From: Candidatus Bathyarchaeia archaeon
Lineage (GTDB): Archaea; Thermoproteota; CALKCG01; B24; JAGTQN01
Length of the DNA stretch: 64,000 nt
Assembly: GCA_038850515.1 (NCBI GenBank)
Contig: JAWCLV010000002.1
Location: 1,966 to 65,965, forward strand
Direction: 5' to 3'
The notes beneath the pieces are model-generated. The model saw nothing but the letters and a program-made list of their open reading frames with translations, was not told the DNA's origin and ran no database searches. Position 1 is the stretch's first letter. Every line of letters starts with the position of its first letter. The position numbers and the translations under genes were made by a program. Positions 36,149 through 45,800 of the stretch are shown in pieces.

Positions 36149-36518
36149 AGACAACGATTCTCGTCCCACTTATGACGGGTTTAAGAATTTCTGGGTCATC
36201 AAGAATTCTTCCAACAAGGCTTAGAGGAGTCCTCATTTTAATATTATCATAAAAGAGACAAAGGGCGTTGGCGAAGGGCCAGTAGCCAATCGACCCCCTT
36301 TTCGCGAAGCTTACACCTTTCTCCACTCCAAGCCCTAGTTTAAAAGGAATTGGAATATAAAGGACTCCTTCGAGAAGGGCAGCCCTTCCAGCGATTGGAA
36401 GAATTTTAATAATGGCGTCAACTGTCCTTGGTGCTAGAAAACGCTGTAAAAGACCATCAATGCTTCCGATACTTTCAATAAAAATCGAGATACGTTCTCC
36501 AGTTAAGGAAGAGCCCAT
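36120..36518 (-). CDS. hypothetical protein (possibly cyclophilin-like fold)
   Basis: 132-aa ORF. The assignment is weak and from memory only. Confidence 0.35.
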   Translation of the reverse strand: MGSSLTGERISIFIESIGSIDGLLQRFLAPRTVDAIIKILPIAGRAALLEGVLYIPIPFKLGLGVEKGVSFAKRGSIGYWPFANALCLFYDNIKMRTPLSLVGRILDDPEILKPVISGTRIVVSKWMPSERF

Positions 36519-36713
36519 TTAATGGACTGTACGGGTTTTAGAATTAAAATTATTCTATTCGTATTTCCTATTCAACCTGAGCCTTCAACTTATATGCTTT
36601 CAAGGATGCATTAATGGAGAAAGCGAAAAGAAAGACGGAAGAACCTGGAAGAATCGAGGGGAGAATTTCCGCAAAGAATAAGTAGTCGAAGCTCGAATAA
36701 TCGTTGAGCTGAG

Positions 36714-36929
36714 ATGAAAGATCCCAAGGCAATGAAGCAGAAGCTAAAGGAACTCGAGAAGCGCAGAGATGAGCTCCTCAAAGAACTCAAGGAGCTCAAA
36801 AGGCGATTCGAGAACAAGGAGCTTTCCCAAGAGGAATATGAAATCAAGCGCCATGGTGTGGAGAGGGAGATTGTTGAAGTTATGGATAGATTAGTTCAAA
36901 TCCAATTTCTTTTAGGTGGCGGGCCGTAA
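36714..36929 (+). CDS. small coiled-coil protein
   Basis: 71 aa, heptad-rich (KLKELEKRRDELLKELKELKRRFENKE). Confidence 0.35.
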   Translation: MKDPKAMKQKLKELEKRRDELLKELKELKRRFENKELSQEEYEIKRHGVEREIVEVMDRLVQIQFLLGGGP

Positions 36930-36974
36930 AAAATAAAGATCATCTTCAGTCGTGGAGTCGAAAGGGCAAAGGCC

Positions 36975-37241
36975 ATGGATTTTTTGCTTATTTGGTGGAT
37001 CTTAATACTAGTTTCATTTCCTGCAAGCTATGTAGCCATAAAGAAGGCGACTGCAGGGGATCTAAGGATTAGGACGAGGTTTATAAAATATTTAGCCATG
37101 TATCTTTTAACGACCTTTCTCCTCTATGTCTTCTGGCTCATCAACTATCGTACAGGAAATGATCCTATGGATCTATCTCCTTTGTTTGGTTATGCTATTG
37201 CCATCTTATCGCCGTGGCTTTTTGCCATTAAAAAGCTCTAG
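36975..37241 (+). CDS. small membrane protein
   Basis: 88 aa with three hydrophobic segments. Confidence 0.35.
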   Translation: MDFLLIWWILILVSFPASYVAIKKATAGDLRIRTRFIKYLAMYLLTTFLLYVFWLINYRTGNDPMDLSPLFGYAIAILSPWLFAIKKL

Positions 37242-37418
37242 GCGAAAACAAGGGAGGATGCTAAGTATCACCGTATTTAAGGCAAAAAGCTTACTAATGA
37301 AGATGCTGAATCATGAAGATGTTTTAAATGCATTAGCACTGACTTCCAGCAATTTGGAAGAAGTCGTATACAACTAGGTTCGAAATGGGAATTATGGAAA
37401 AATACGAATTAGTCAATT

Positions 37419-38414
37419 TTGTCGACTTATAAAGCCCGTATCATTTTGTTCTCAAAATCGCTTTTTTCGTTTTTCTCAAATTTTTCGGAGATTTTATCTT
37501 CTGGCATGACCACTCGTCTCATAGCCTTCTCAAAGATGGATAGAAGCAAAAAAAGGATTTTTATTGCATTTCAGAGATTTATTGAAAGGGAAATTGCGTT
37601 GAACTATCAAGCCCAAACCTTTGCCATCATAGGCTTTGGCAGATCATCTGGAAAAACCACCGTGATTGGAGCCCTTATCAAAGAGCTCAGGCAAAGGCGT
37701 TACCCGGTCGCTACGATAAAGCATATCCATAGGCGCTTTGATGTAGCCAATAAGGATACGGAACTTCATGCGAAGGCTGGAGCCATATCCGTTACGGCTG
37801 TTTCGCCAAGGGAGTTGGCGATAATGCACTATGATATTCCTCCAAACCTTGAAAACGCACTGAAGTCCGTATCCCCAAAGGCATCCTTCATCCTCATTGA
37901 GGGTTTTAGACGCTCTGAGTTGCCTAAGATCCTATGTTTGTCTAATAGTAATGATATCGAGGCTTTGAATAAGAGGGAAGGTATAGGAGGATCCATCATG
38001 GCAATCATCGACATCTTCGGGAATCCTAACCTTTCAGGAAGCCTTATGGGAATACCTGTATTCAGACTTGAAGAAATCCCGAAACTTGCAGATCTTTTGG
38101 AAATGCATGCCCTAGAAGCCCTAGGAAAGGCCCTGCCTGGTCTAAACTGTGGACGATGCGGCTACAAGGATTGTCTAGAGATGGCCAAGGCAATTCTGAG
38201 GAAAGAAGCGTCCATTAGCCAATGCGTTCCCCTTGGCTATCAGGAAACTATCCTTGAAATCTATGGAGAATCAATCCCCATGGTTCCCTTCGTCCAAAGG
38301 CTTTTGAAGAATACGATCCTTGGACTCATATCGACTTTAAAGGGTACTGAAAGACTCGAGGGTACGGATCCCTCGAAGCTTCGTGTAAGTGTAAAAATTG
38401 AGACTATCGAATAA
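37419..38414 (+). CDS. mobB: MobB-like P-loop protein with C-terminal Cys-motif (Fe-S-type) domain
   Basis: FAIIGFGRSSGKTTVIGALIKELRQRRYPVATIKHIHRRFD is the MobB signature. The C-terminus carries LNCGRCGYKDCLEMA. The start is probably an internal ATG (MTTRL or MDRSKK). Confidence 0.7.
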   Translation: MSTYKARIILFSKSLFSFFSNFSEILSSGMTTRLIAFSKMDRSKKRIFIAFQRFIEREIALNYQAQTFAIIGFGRSSGKTTVIGALIKELRQRRYPVATIKHIHRRFDVANKDTELHAKAGAISVTAVSPRELAIMHYDIPPNLENALKSVSPKASFILIEGFRRSELPKILCLSNSNDIEALNKREGIGGSIMAIIDIFGNPNLSGSLMGIPVFRLEEIPKLADLLEMHALEALGKALPGLNCGRCGYKDCLEMAKAILRKEASISQCVPLGYQETILEIYGESIPMVPFVQRLLKNTILGLISTLKGTERLEGTDPSKLRVSVKIETIE

Positions 38415-38438
38415 AATTGATGGTAAAATAAGAGTTGC

Positions 38439-39608
38439 TTAGGAGCCCCAGAAGGGCTTTAGCCATTCTTCCTTTATGCGTACTCCGAAGCCAGGCTCCT
38501 TGCTAGGTGCGACATAACCGTCTTTAGGTATCGGAGCCCCTGGCATCCATTGCGCCTCCTCCAAAGGAACCCCCGGAGGGGATCCTATGAAGTATTCGGC
38601 CCATGGCATGTTGGGCATGGCATAGGTTAAATGAAGTCCGTAGGGGCTATTGGCTCCTCCATGAAGGCAGACCATTAGACCCGCTAAATCAGCCATATGA
38701 CAGATCTTTAGGCAGGAAGTTATGCCACCAACCCAGAAGAGGTCGGGCTGAAGAATGTCTAAGGCTCTCATTTCTATAGCCTCCCTAAAGCGCCACGGTG
38801 AGAACCAGTGCTCTACACCAGCCAAGGAAACCCAGTTGACCGCCCTCCTCACCGCCAGATAGCCATCCAAGTCTTCCGGTATGAGGAATTCCTCGATCCA
38901 TTTAAGACCGTAAGGCCTAAGCCTCCTCGCCAGTCGTATCGTGTAATCGACATCGAAGGCCATGTAACAATCTAGCATAATATCCACGTCATTACCTACA
39001 AGTTCCCTCGTCCTTGCTACTAGATTCTCATTCTCCTTCAGCCCCCAAAGGCCATCCGCCGGACCATAGGGGCATGCCAGCTTCACGGCTTTGAAGCCCA
39101 GCTCAAGCTGCCAATCCGTATCGTTTCCTGTAGCATAGCAGAAGATCCGATCCCTAGCAGGGCCGCCGAGGAGTTCATAAACGGGAGCTCCGTTAAGCTT
39201 TCCTACAAGGTCCCATAAGGCCATGTCGATGCCGCTAATGGCACACATGGCAAGGCCCTCGGAACCATAGGGCTTGGTGAGGCGGAACATCATATCCCAT
39301 AGCTTTTCTATGGCAAAGCAATCCTCGCCCTCGAGCATGGGGGCAAGGTGATCGTCTATTATGGCTGCGACTGGTCGCCCGTAAGAGGCGGGGGCAGCCC
39401 CCCATGTGCCATCCTCAGCCGTTACCTTAACCCATAGGCCTCCCCATTTTGGAAGCCATAGCCTCCTATGCCTCTTGAACCTTGGATACTTAGACATAGG
39501 GTTGGCAACTTCTGCATCCTCTACCCAGGATGGCCTTCGAGGCTTGGTCCTAGGTCCCTCCTTTTGAGGCATCTCGAGCCTCATGGCTCTGATTTCCTTT
39601 ATCTTCAT
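38439..39608 (-). CDS. enolase-superfamily (mandelate racemase/muconate lactonizing) sugar-acid dehydratase, rhamnonate-dehydratase-like
   Basis: 389 aa with a capping domain plus barrel pattern (DVDIMLDCYMAFD, WIEEFL, GVEHW). Confidence 0.8.
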   Translation of the reverse strand: MKIKEIRAMRLEMPQKEGPRTKPRRPSWVEDAEVANPMSKYPRFKRHRRLWLPKWGGLWVKVTAEDGTWGAAPASYGRPVAAIIDDHLAPMLEGEDCFAIEKLWDMMFRLTKPYGSEGLAMCAISGIDMALWDLVGKLNGAPVYELLGGPARDRIFCYATGNDTDWQLELGFKAVKLACPYGPADGLWGLKENENLVARTRELVGNDVDIMLDCYMAFDVDYTIRLARRLRPYGLKWIEEFLIPEDLDGYLAVRRAVNWVSLAGVEHWFSPWRFREAIEMRALDILQPDLFWVGGITSCLKICHMADLAGLMVCLHGGANSPYGLHLTYAMPNMPWAEYFIGSPPGVPLEEAQWMPGAPIPKDGYVAPSKEPGFGVRIKEEWLKPFWGS

Positions 39609-39854
39609 TCTATCACCTTTGAAAAAAATGAGGCAAAGTGTTCGAATAAGCTTTTGCTTGCGAAGGCATCATAGCCTTTGCATAGCTTTCTTTCTTGAGC
39701 CTTGAAAAGCTTATTGTAGCTAAGAATCGATCTTCGAGAAGGAGGGACAAGTAAAGGGCTTTCTTGCCTTCGAAGAGGTCGTTATCTCTAAACTTCTCGA
39801 TGGTTTTTCCAACGGAACGGAAGGGTTTTAAACCGGGGAAGGATAGCATTTCTC

Positions 39855-40256
39855 ATGGCTTCAACTGTTCGGAGGGATGTATGGGATTGGCTTGAGGAGG
39901 CTTGGGAAGAGTATAGAACGGCGCTACAATTGTTTGGGGCTGGAAGGTATGCTCATGCATGCTTCCATTTCCAGCAGGGAGCTGAAAAGGCTTTAAAAGC
40001 CCTTATCCTTTTCCATAAAAGGCTAGTGCATAGGTCCCACGACCTTTTAGAGCTTTATAGCGAAGTGAAAGACATTCTTGAGCTTGAGGAGGAAGTGAAG
40101 GAAGCCCTTCCAGAGCTTTCCGCTTACTATACGCAAGCTCGATATCCAAACGCAGGTTTGAGGAGACCTTCTCTTGAGATCGGCAAAGTTCAGGCCGAGA
40201 GGGCTTTGAAAATCGCTGAAGGTGTTCTAAATGCCGTCTCTAGAAGGGTTACCTGA
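39855..40256 (+). CDS. HEPN domain protein
   Basis: 133 aa. FHFQQGAEKALKALI and the SHDLLEL (RxxxH-like) region. Overlaps the downstream nucleotidyltransferase gene. Confidence 0.75.
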   Translation: MASTVRRDVWDWLEEAWEEYRTALQLFGAGRYAHACFHFQQGAEKALKALILFHKRLVHRSHDLLELYSEVKDILELEEEVKEALPELSAYYTQARYPNAGLRRPSLEIGKVQAERALKIAEGVLNAVSRRVT

Positions 40257-40545
40257 AAAATTTAGGAACGCTATAAGCGCCTTTCTAAAGGCTCTGGAGG
40301 AAAACTTCAAAGGGGGATTCAGCGTCTATCTTTTCGGAAGCTTGGCTAGGGGCGACTATTTGTTAGATAGCGATATAGACATTATCGTAGTCATGGAGGA
40401 ATTAAGGAGCTTAAAACCTTGGGAAAGAACAGCAATGCTTAGAAGGATAGCACCGAAGGATGTGGGCTTCGATATCATAGGTTATTGCGAGGAGGAATTT
40501 AAACGGATGCGGGAATACTTTGAACCCTTATTGAGACTTAGATAA
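40231..40545 (+). CDS. minimal nucleotidyltransferase (MNT) domain protein
   Basis: 104 aa with the LFGSLARGDYLLDSDIDI motif. Overlaps the HEPN gene by 26 nt. Confidence 0.8.
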   Translation: MPSLEGLPEKFRNAISAFLKALEENFKGGFSVYLFGSLARGDYLLDSDIDIIVVMEELRSLKPWERTAMLRRIAPKDVGFDIIGYCEEEFKRMREYFEPLLRLR

Positions 40546-40776
40546 CCTTCTTGAGATTTATCCAATCAAATGTTAGGAGGACTTAACCTTAATTGCGTAT
40601 CTGCTTTATGGGACCAATATATTCTTAATTCTTTATCAGAAAAGCTTTGATGATCCTTCCGAGGGTAAGCATCAAAGCCAGGCAATGGGGCTTTATTCTC
40701 CGATGTAAATAAAAGCCTTCCTTTAGAGGGAAGTTTTTAATTTGAAAATCGCATCTTAAAGTGGGATGATTTATCG

Positions 40777-41499
40777 ATGAAGATATTACATGAGTTCGTT
40801 CCCAGCCGGAAATTCCTGAAACTTGCTGAAGAAGTTAAAGATTTAGTTGATGGTTGGAATGTAACCGATAGCGCTGCCGGGATACCAGCGCCAAGCGGTA
40901 CGGCGGTTGGCTGCGTTCTTAAATCCAAATATCCCGAGAAAATCGTCATACCTATCTTCGTAATTCGCTACAAAGGACCTGTTGAAGTGGGGGGTTTGGC
41001 TTTAGCCGCAGATGCCGTAGGCATAGATGGTCTTGTGTTGACGATGGGTGATATACCGAAGTTTGGCGACCCAATAAATATGATCAAATCCTCGGAGGAA
41101 GCCAGAGATTTTCTACGTGAAACCATACGCGTAAAAAATGTTAAGTTAGGATGCCTATTAAGTGCAAGGCGCTCCATCGATGAAGCCATTGTCCGGATCA
41201 GAGAGCCCTGGGACTTCGTTTTCTTTATGAGACTTGAGGACAAAGCCTTCGGGATCCTAGAACAATTGGCAAAAGAATGTAAAGCCTTGAAAAAGCCCAT
41301 ATATACATATTTCCTTGTCGGCACAAGGAAAAACGAAGAAATTGTGAAGAGGATCGGATGGCCAATTAGTGCTACTATCGATCGAGTTGAGGAAGCTGTC
41401 TCAAAAATTGAAGGACTAGTTGATGGCTTAATAGCTACGTGTGCAGGAGACTTTGAAGGCGATAAAGAACTATTAAAAAGGCTTCAAAAGTTTCGGTAG
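40777..41499 (+). CDS. TIM-barrel protein, methylenetetrahydrofolate reductase-like (tentative)
   Basis: 240 aa. HEFVPS, VTDSAAG and GIDGLVLTMGDIP parallel the MTHFR motifs EFFPP, VTYGAGG and GIxNxLALRGDxP. Confidence 0.4.
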   Translation: MKILHEFVPSRKFLKLAEEVKDLVDGWNVTDSAAGIPAPSGTAVGCVLKSKYPEKIVIPIFVIRYKGPVEVGGLALAADAVGIDGLVLTMGDIPKFGDPINMIKSSEEARDFLRETIRVKNVKLGCLLSARRSIDEAIVRIREPWDFVFFMRLEDKAFGILEQLAKECKALKKPIYTYFLVGTRKNEEIVKRIGWPISATIDRVEEAVSKIEGLVDGLIATCAGDFEGDKELLKRLQKFR

Positions 41500-41690
41500 A
41501 AATATGTATGAAGGTTTAACTCTCTTAATCAGGGAATTTTTTGGCGATCGAGAACTCGTCCATGGATTTGGTGGACACCAACAATCCTGTGATTAAGAGC
41601 GAGGTTTAATTAATGTATCATCCAATAAATACTTCTTTTTTCCTTTCTCTATAAGCATGAAGATTCTATTGAACGATTAAGAATTTAGCA

Positions 41691-42341
41691 ATGGAGAAGG
41701 GCATCGTGAACGCTTCTCTCATAATCCTTGCAGGAGGCCTTTCTAGACGTTTCGGGTGTAACAAATGTCTAAAATTCCTCTCAGGCAAACCCCTGATCTT
41801 CCATATTCTCGATAGGGTTTATGGATTATGTTCCGAGATGTTTGTTGTTATAAGCCATCTTGAGATGAAGCCAATTTTTGAAAATGTCGTTCATGAAAGG
41901 GCGAAGGTTCTGATCGATGATTATTATGGCATAGGTCCCTTGGCCGGAATCCGAAGGGGGGTCGAAGAAGCCCACGAAAAATTCGTCCTTGTCCTAGCTG
42001 GAGATCTTCCATTTGTCTCAAAAGATGCCCTAAGCTTCATGCTAAGGGAAACGAAGGAAGGAGGCTTTCATGCCCTTATCCCCAGATGGCCAAATGGATT
42101 TATCGAACCTCTTCATGCCATCTATCGTAGGGATGCCTTAAAGGAAGCCGTAAAGAGATCAGTTGCAAATGGAAAGCTGAAGGTCTCGGATGCTATCTCA
42201 GGTATTAGGAAGGTGCGCTTTCTCGAAGTCGAGGAGCTACGAAGGTTTGATCCGGAGCTTCTAACATTCTTTAACATCAATACGCTCGAGGATTACATCA
42301 GAGCAACAGAAATCTTAGGATGTCGATCGGTGAGTAGGTAG
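41691..42341 (+). CDS. mobA: molybdenum cofactor guanylyltransferase MobA
   Basis: 216 aa with the ILAGGLSRRFG motif, plus VLAGDLPF. Confidence 0.8.
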   Translation: MEKGIVNASLIILAGGLSRRFGCNKCLKFLSGKPLIFHILDRVYGLCSEMFVVISHLEMKPIFENVVHERAKVLIDDYYGIGPLAGIRRGVEEAHEKFVLVLAGDLPFVSKDALSFMLRETKEGGFHALIPRWPNGFIEPLHAIYRRDALKEAVKRSVANGKLKVSDAISGIRKVRFLEVEELRRFDPELLTFFNINTLEDYIRATEILGCRSVSR

Positions 42342-42415
42342 AACAATTTTGATTCCAAATGAGATGTTTTGGTCTTTTTGAATGAAGGGTAACGCCACGA
42401 AAAAGACTCGAAAAA

Positions 42416-43180
42416 TCATCTAAATAGATCCTGCTGTATTGGACGAATGAGTTCCTTTGCTGTCCCCTCGCCTCTTTCATACTCATAGCCCCTGATAATG
42501 ACGACTGGGATTCCCGAGGATTTGCCCATAACAAGCTCGGCAGCGGCTGCAATCTCATCCGCTACTGCCATGGTAGTAACTTTTAATTCATAGCCGAACA
42601 TGTCCTTTTGACCTCGATAGTCTCTTAGGGGCTTCATTCCAGCAACGCCTATAGCAAAGTCCACATGTCCTAAGCGCCATGGTCTTCCGAAGGTATCAGA
42701 TATTATAACGGCTACATCTACGCCTCTAAGCCTTCTTATGCCCTCTCGAATCCTCGATGCTGAGGCATCAGGATCCTCGGGAAGAAGGGAAGCCACATCG
42801 CCTCCAGAAACATTCGATAGGTCGACTCCCGCATTTGCGCAGACAAAGCCATGGCGGGTCTCCATGATCATATGCCCATCTCTCATGCGAACCGCTCGAT
42901 TACTTTCCCTTAGAACAAGCTCTACGAGGCGTGCATCCCGGTTCGTCAGTTCTGCTATGCGGAGGGCAAAGGATGATGGTGATACCCCTGAAAGCTCGAT
43001 AAGGCGTCCTTCAGCCTTCGAAACAATCTTTTGGGCGACGACGACTATATCACCATCCTTAATTCCTATGGCAGAGGCTTCCGCAGCTTCTACTATCATA
43101 GAAGCCAGATCGTCGCCCTTCTTTACGATGGGAATTCCCTGAAGGCCTAGGATTTGGATCTGATAAGTGTTCAACTGCAA
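42416..43180 (-). CDS. cofE: coenzyme F420:L-glutamate ligase CofE
   Basis: 254 aa. GIPIVKKGDDLASMI...VVVAQKIVSKAEGR...CANAGVD is the family pattern. Confidence 0.8.
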   Translation of the reverse strand: MQLNTYQIQILGLQGIPIVKKGDDLASMIVEAAEASAIGIKDGDIVVVAQKIVSKAEGRLIELSGVSPSSFALRIAELTNRDARLVELVLRESNRAVRMRDGHMIMETRHGFVCANAGVDLSNVSGGDVASLLPEDPDASASRIREGIRRLRGVDVAVIISDTFGRPWRLGHVDFAIGVAGMKPLRDYRGQKDMFGYELKVTTMAVADEIAAAAELVMGKSSGIPVVIIRGYEYERGEGTAKELIRPIQQDLFR

Positions 43181-43538
43181 CTTCTCTCCTTTCCTTGGAA
43201 TTAGATTTTTAGCGGAGGCGCTCCTATTAAATTGATGCTCTAATAGCCTCTCCGTCTAAAATTCGCATCGATGGATGGCATCGAAAGCTTCTGCTATCAT
43301 CGAAAAATTAAGAAAAAGAAATTCGAAGTCTGAGCATAGTAAAGGCACTCGAATCGTAGCCCTTGGTTTTCCATTTAACCGAAAGTCTTGGTTTTTTGGG
43401 CCTATATAGGAGGGGGGACGGATCCCTACATCCGGGAACGACATGTTTTTTATGAGCTATTGATGCTTTAGCATAGAGAGTTAAGTAACTTGTATTATTT
43501 ATAGAGGAAGGCTCTGGAGCTAGGAGAAAGAGGATCAT

Positions 43539-45140
43539 ATGAGTATACGACGAGCCGTGAAGTTTAAGCTTAAGGCTATTCTCGAGACGAGCGATTCACT
43601 CCCTAAGGAAGCCCTTGATTCCATGAAGGAATTCATCGAGGATGCCAACAAAGGGCTCCTTCTCAAGGGCTTGAGGCCCGAAGAAAAGGAGGAGGGGGCC
43701 TCAGTTACAGGTTGGAGCCTAGACGGTAACCATATCCGCTTAAACATTGAGTCTGGAAGGGGAGTGAGGGCCCATGATGCTCTCCTAAGGCTTCGAAGGT
43801 TCTTAGCGGATAAGTTAGGAAGGGCTTATCGCATAGGCATTCGGGAGGTTGGAATCGAAAGTTGCATTGTAGAAATGCCATCTCAGGCGGCCTTCCTAGA
43901 GGATGCCAAGAAGCTCCTCGATGGAATTGCAAAAGTTACGAAAATAGGAGATAGCTTAGTCATAGGTTTTGAGGGACTCAGTGAAAAGGACCTTCAGGAT
44001 AGGCTCATCGATAGAGCCATAGGAAAACTCGAAGCCCTTATGGCTCAAGAAAAGCCGAAAAGCATTGGGGAAAAACCTAGCCTAGTTCCTCTTGGTACCA
44101 CGATAAGGACGGGGAGCCGAAAGCCTGTAAAATTCATGGGCGATGTGACAGCCGAGGCTGAGGCCCTAGGTTGGATCAAGCGCTATCCTGGAAGGGGTCA
44201 ATGGATCCTTACGGCTCCTATGGCATGCCTTGTCATGACGATAAAGGATCTTATCATCGAGACGATCCTTAAGCCCATGGGCTTTTTAGAATGGATGCTC
44301 CCGAAGCTAACGCCCTTCGAAGTAATGGCTAAGATGCCTGGCTATTTCGACCAACTGGCCGAAGGGATGATCTACGCCTCTACGCCTCCGAGGAATCCTG
44401 AAGCCCTGAAAGACTTCAAGAGGGATTTTGAGCTAAGGAAGAGGCTTAACCTAGAAGCCCTGAAAGCTGAGTTGAGCGATCCTGCCTATGTTTTGGAGCC
44501 AGCCCAATGCACGCCTTTCTATGAGTTCTTCTCAGGTGAGACAGTTGCCTTAGAAAATCTTCCCATCAAGGTATACGATGCCAGCGGTTGGACATGGAGA
44601 TGGGAGGGGCAGGCAACCCATGGCTTAGATAGGACCGTAGAGTTTTATAGGGTTGAGTCCGTATGGATGGCGGATCCAAAGGAAGCCTTGGAGATCAGAG
44701 ATCAGGAGGCTGAAAAAAGCCTTGAATTCGCCGATAAGATCCTGGACCTTGAGGTCCGCCTCGTCATAGGGGCACCCTTCTACATGACGACAGAAGCGGC
44801 ATCGAAGACGATGATCGATATAAGCGATCCCGCGAATTACCCAACCATAGACCTCGAAGCTTGGCTACCCTACAGGGGTGAAAGGGAAAAATCTGAGTGG
44901 TTGGAGATAGGGGGCGCCTTTACCTGCGCCAAAGAAAAGTATGTGAAGAGCTTCAGGATCAGGGAAGCGAAGGGTCGGGAAGTCTGGACTGGATGTGGAG
45001 GCTTTGGCATCACGAGGTGGGCGGAAGCCTTCCTAGCCCAGCATGGTTTTGACTTTGATGGATGGCCAAAGGCTGTTAGGGAAAGAATTGGAAAGCTCCC
45101 AAGTCCAATAAATCTCGTGACGTGGCCAAAACGGGCCTAG
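43539..45140 (+). CDS. serS: seryl-tRNA synthetase, rare methanogen-type (type 2)
   Basis: 533 aa. The N-terminal domain (KFKLKA...GWSLDGNHIRLNIESGRGVRAHDALLRLRRFL) and the C-terminus (EAWLPYRG...WLEIGG...WTGCGGFGITRWAEAFLAQHGFD) parallel Methanosarcina barkeri SerRS as I recall it. It is unlike the bacterial-type coiled-coil SerRS. Confidence 0.75.
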   Translation: MSIRRAVKFKLKAILETSDSLPKEALDSMKEFIEDANKGLLLKGLRPEEKEEGASVTGWSLDGNHIRLNIESGRGVRAHDALLRLRRFLADKLGRAYRIGIREVGIESCIVEMPSQAAFLEDAKKLLDGIAKVTKIGDSLVIGFEGLSEKDLQDRLIDRAIGKLEALMAQEKPKSIGEKPSLVPLGTTIRTGSRKPVKFMGDVTAEAEALGWIKRYPGRGQWILTAPMACLVMTIKDLIIETILKPMGFLEWMLPKLTPFEVMAKMPGYFDQLAEGMIYASTPPRNPEALKDFKRDFELRKRLNLEALKAELSDPAYVLEPAQCTPFYEFFSGETVALENLPIKVYDASGWTWRWEGQATHGLDRTVEFYRVESVWMADPKEALEIRDQEAEKSLEFADKILDLEVRLVIGAPFYMTTEAASKTMIDISDPANYPTIDLEAWLPYRGEREKSEWLEIGGAFTCAKEKYVKSFRIREAKGREVWTGCGGFGITRWAEAFLAQHGFDFDGWPKAVRERIGKLPSPINLVTWPKRA

Positions 45141-45800
45141 AGGAACCTTATAGAAAAGGCATGCTTTCTTATGAAATCTTTTTAGCTTCTCGGCTCCTAA
45201 CCCGCTAGATCCTTCCTTATTTCTTGACTTAAAGATCCATTATCCCAAGGTAACGGTCCGATTGAGCCATTATCCATTTTTCAGTCCCGATCTTCATTGT
45301 AGGCATACCTTTTGCGGGTGCTATTTTAGGAACCTATGTTTTTACATAAACATGCAAAAGCCTTTTAGGGCTTTAAGTATGGAGATTTTCGTCACTACCT
45401 TTTCATGAGGCCCCCGTATTTTCCAAAAATATGGAGGTTTCCATGCCTTTAGGACAAGAAAGTCCCTTTCTATAAGGAGGCTATTTCGCTACGAGGAATG
45501 TTTACTAGATTTTGTGTAAAATGTCCTGAAGTGGGAGGAAATTCTTGGAGAAGCCATAGCGATTGTGTCCAATTCGATCTCTACATGGCTTCCATGTTCA
45601 AAGAAAAAGTGAAGATATCTCAAAGACGAGAATAACTATAGTCGATTATTTTAATGCCTTGACCATAATTTGCAGGATTAAAGCTTGGGAGCCTCATCCT
45701 AGATCGAAAAAGATGATGAAGAAGCATATGGAAATAATTATGAGGATCAAGAATCTTTTTTTATCCTTCCTAAGGAAGCCCATATGGAGTTGAGGTATCA

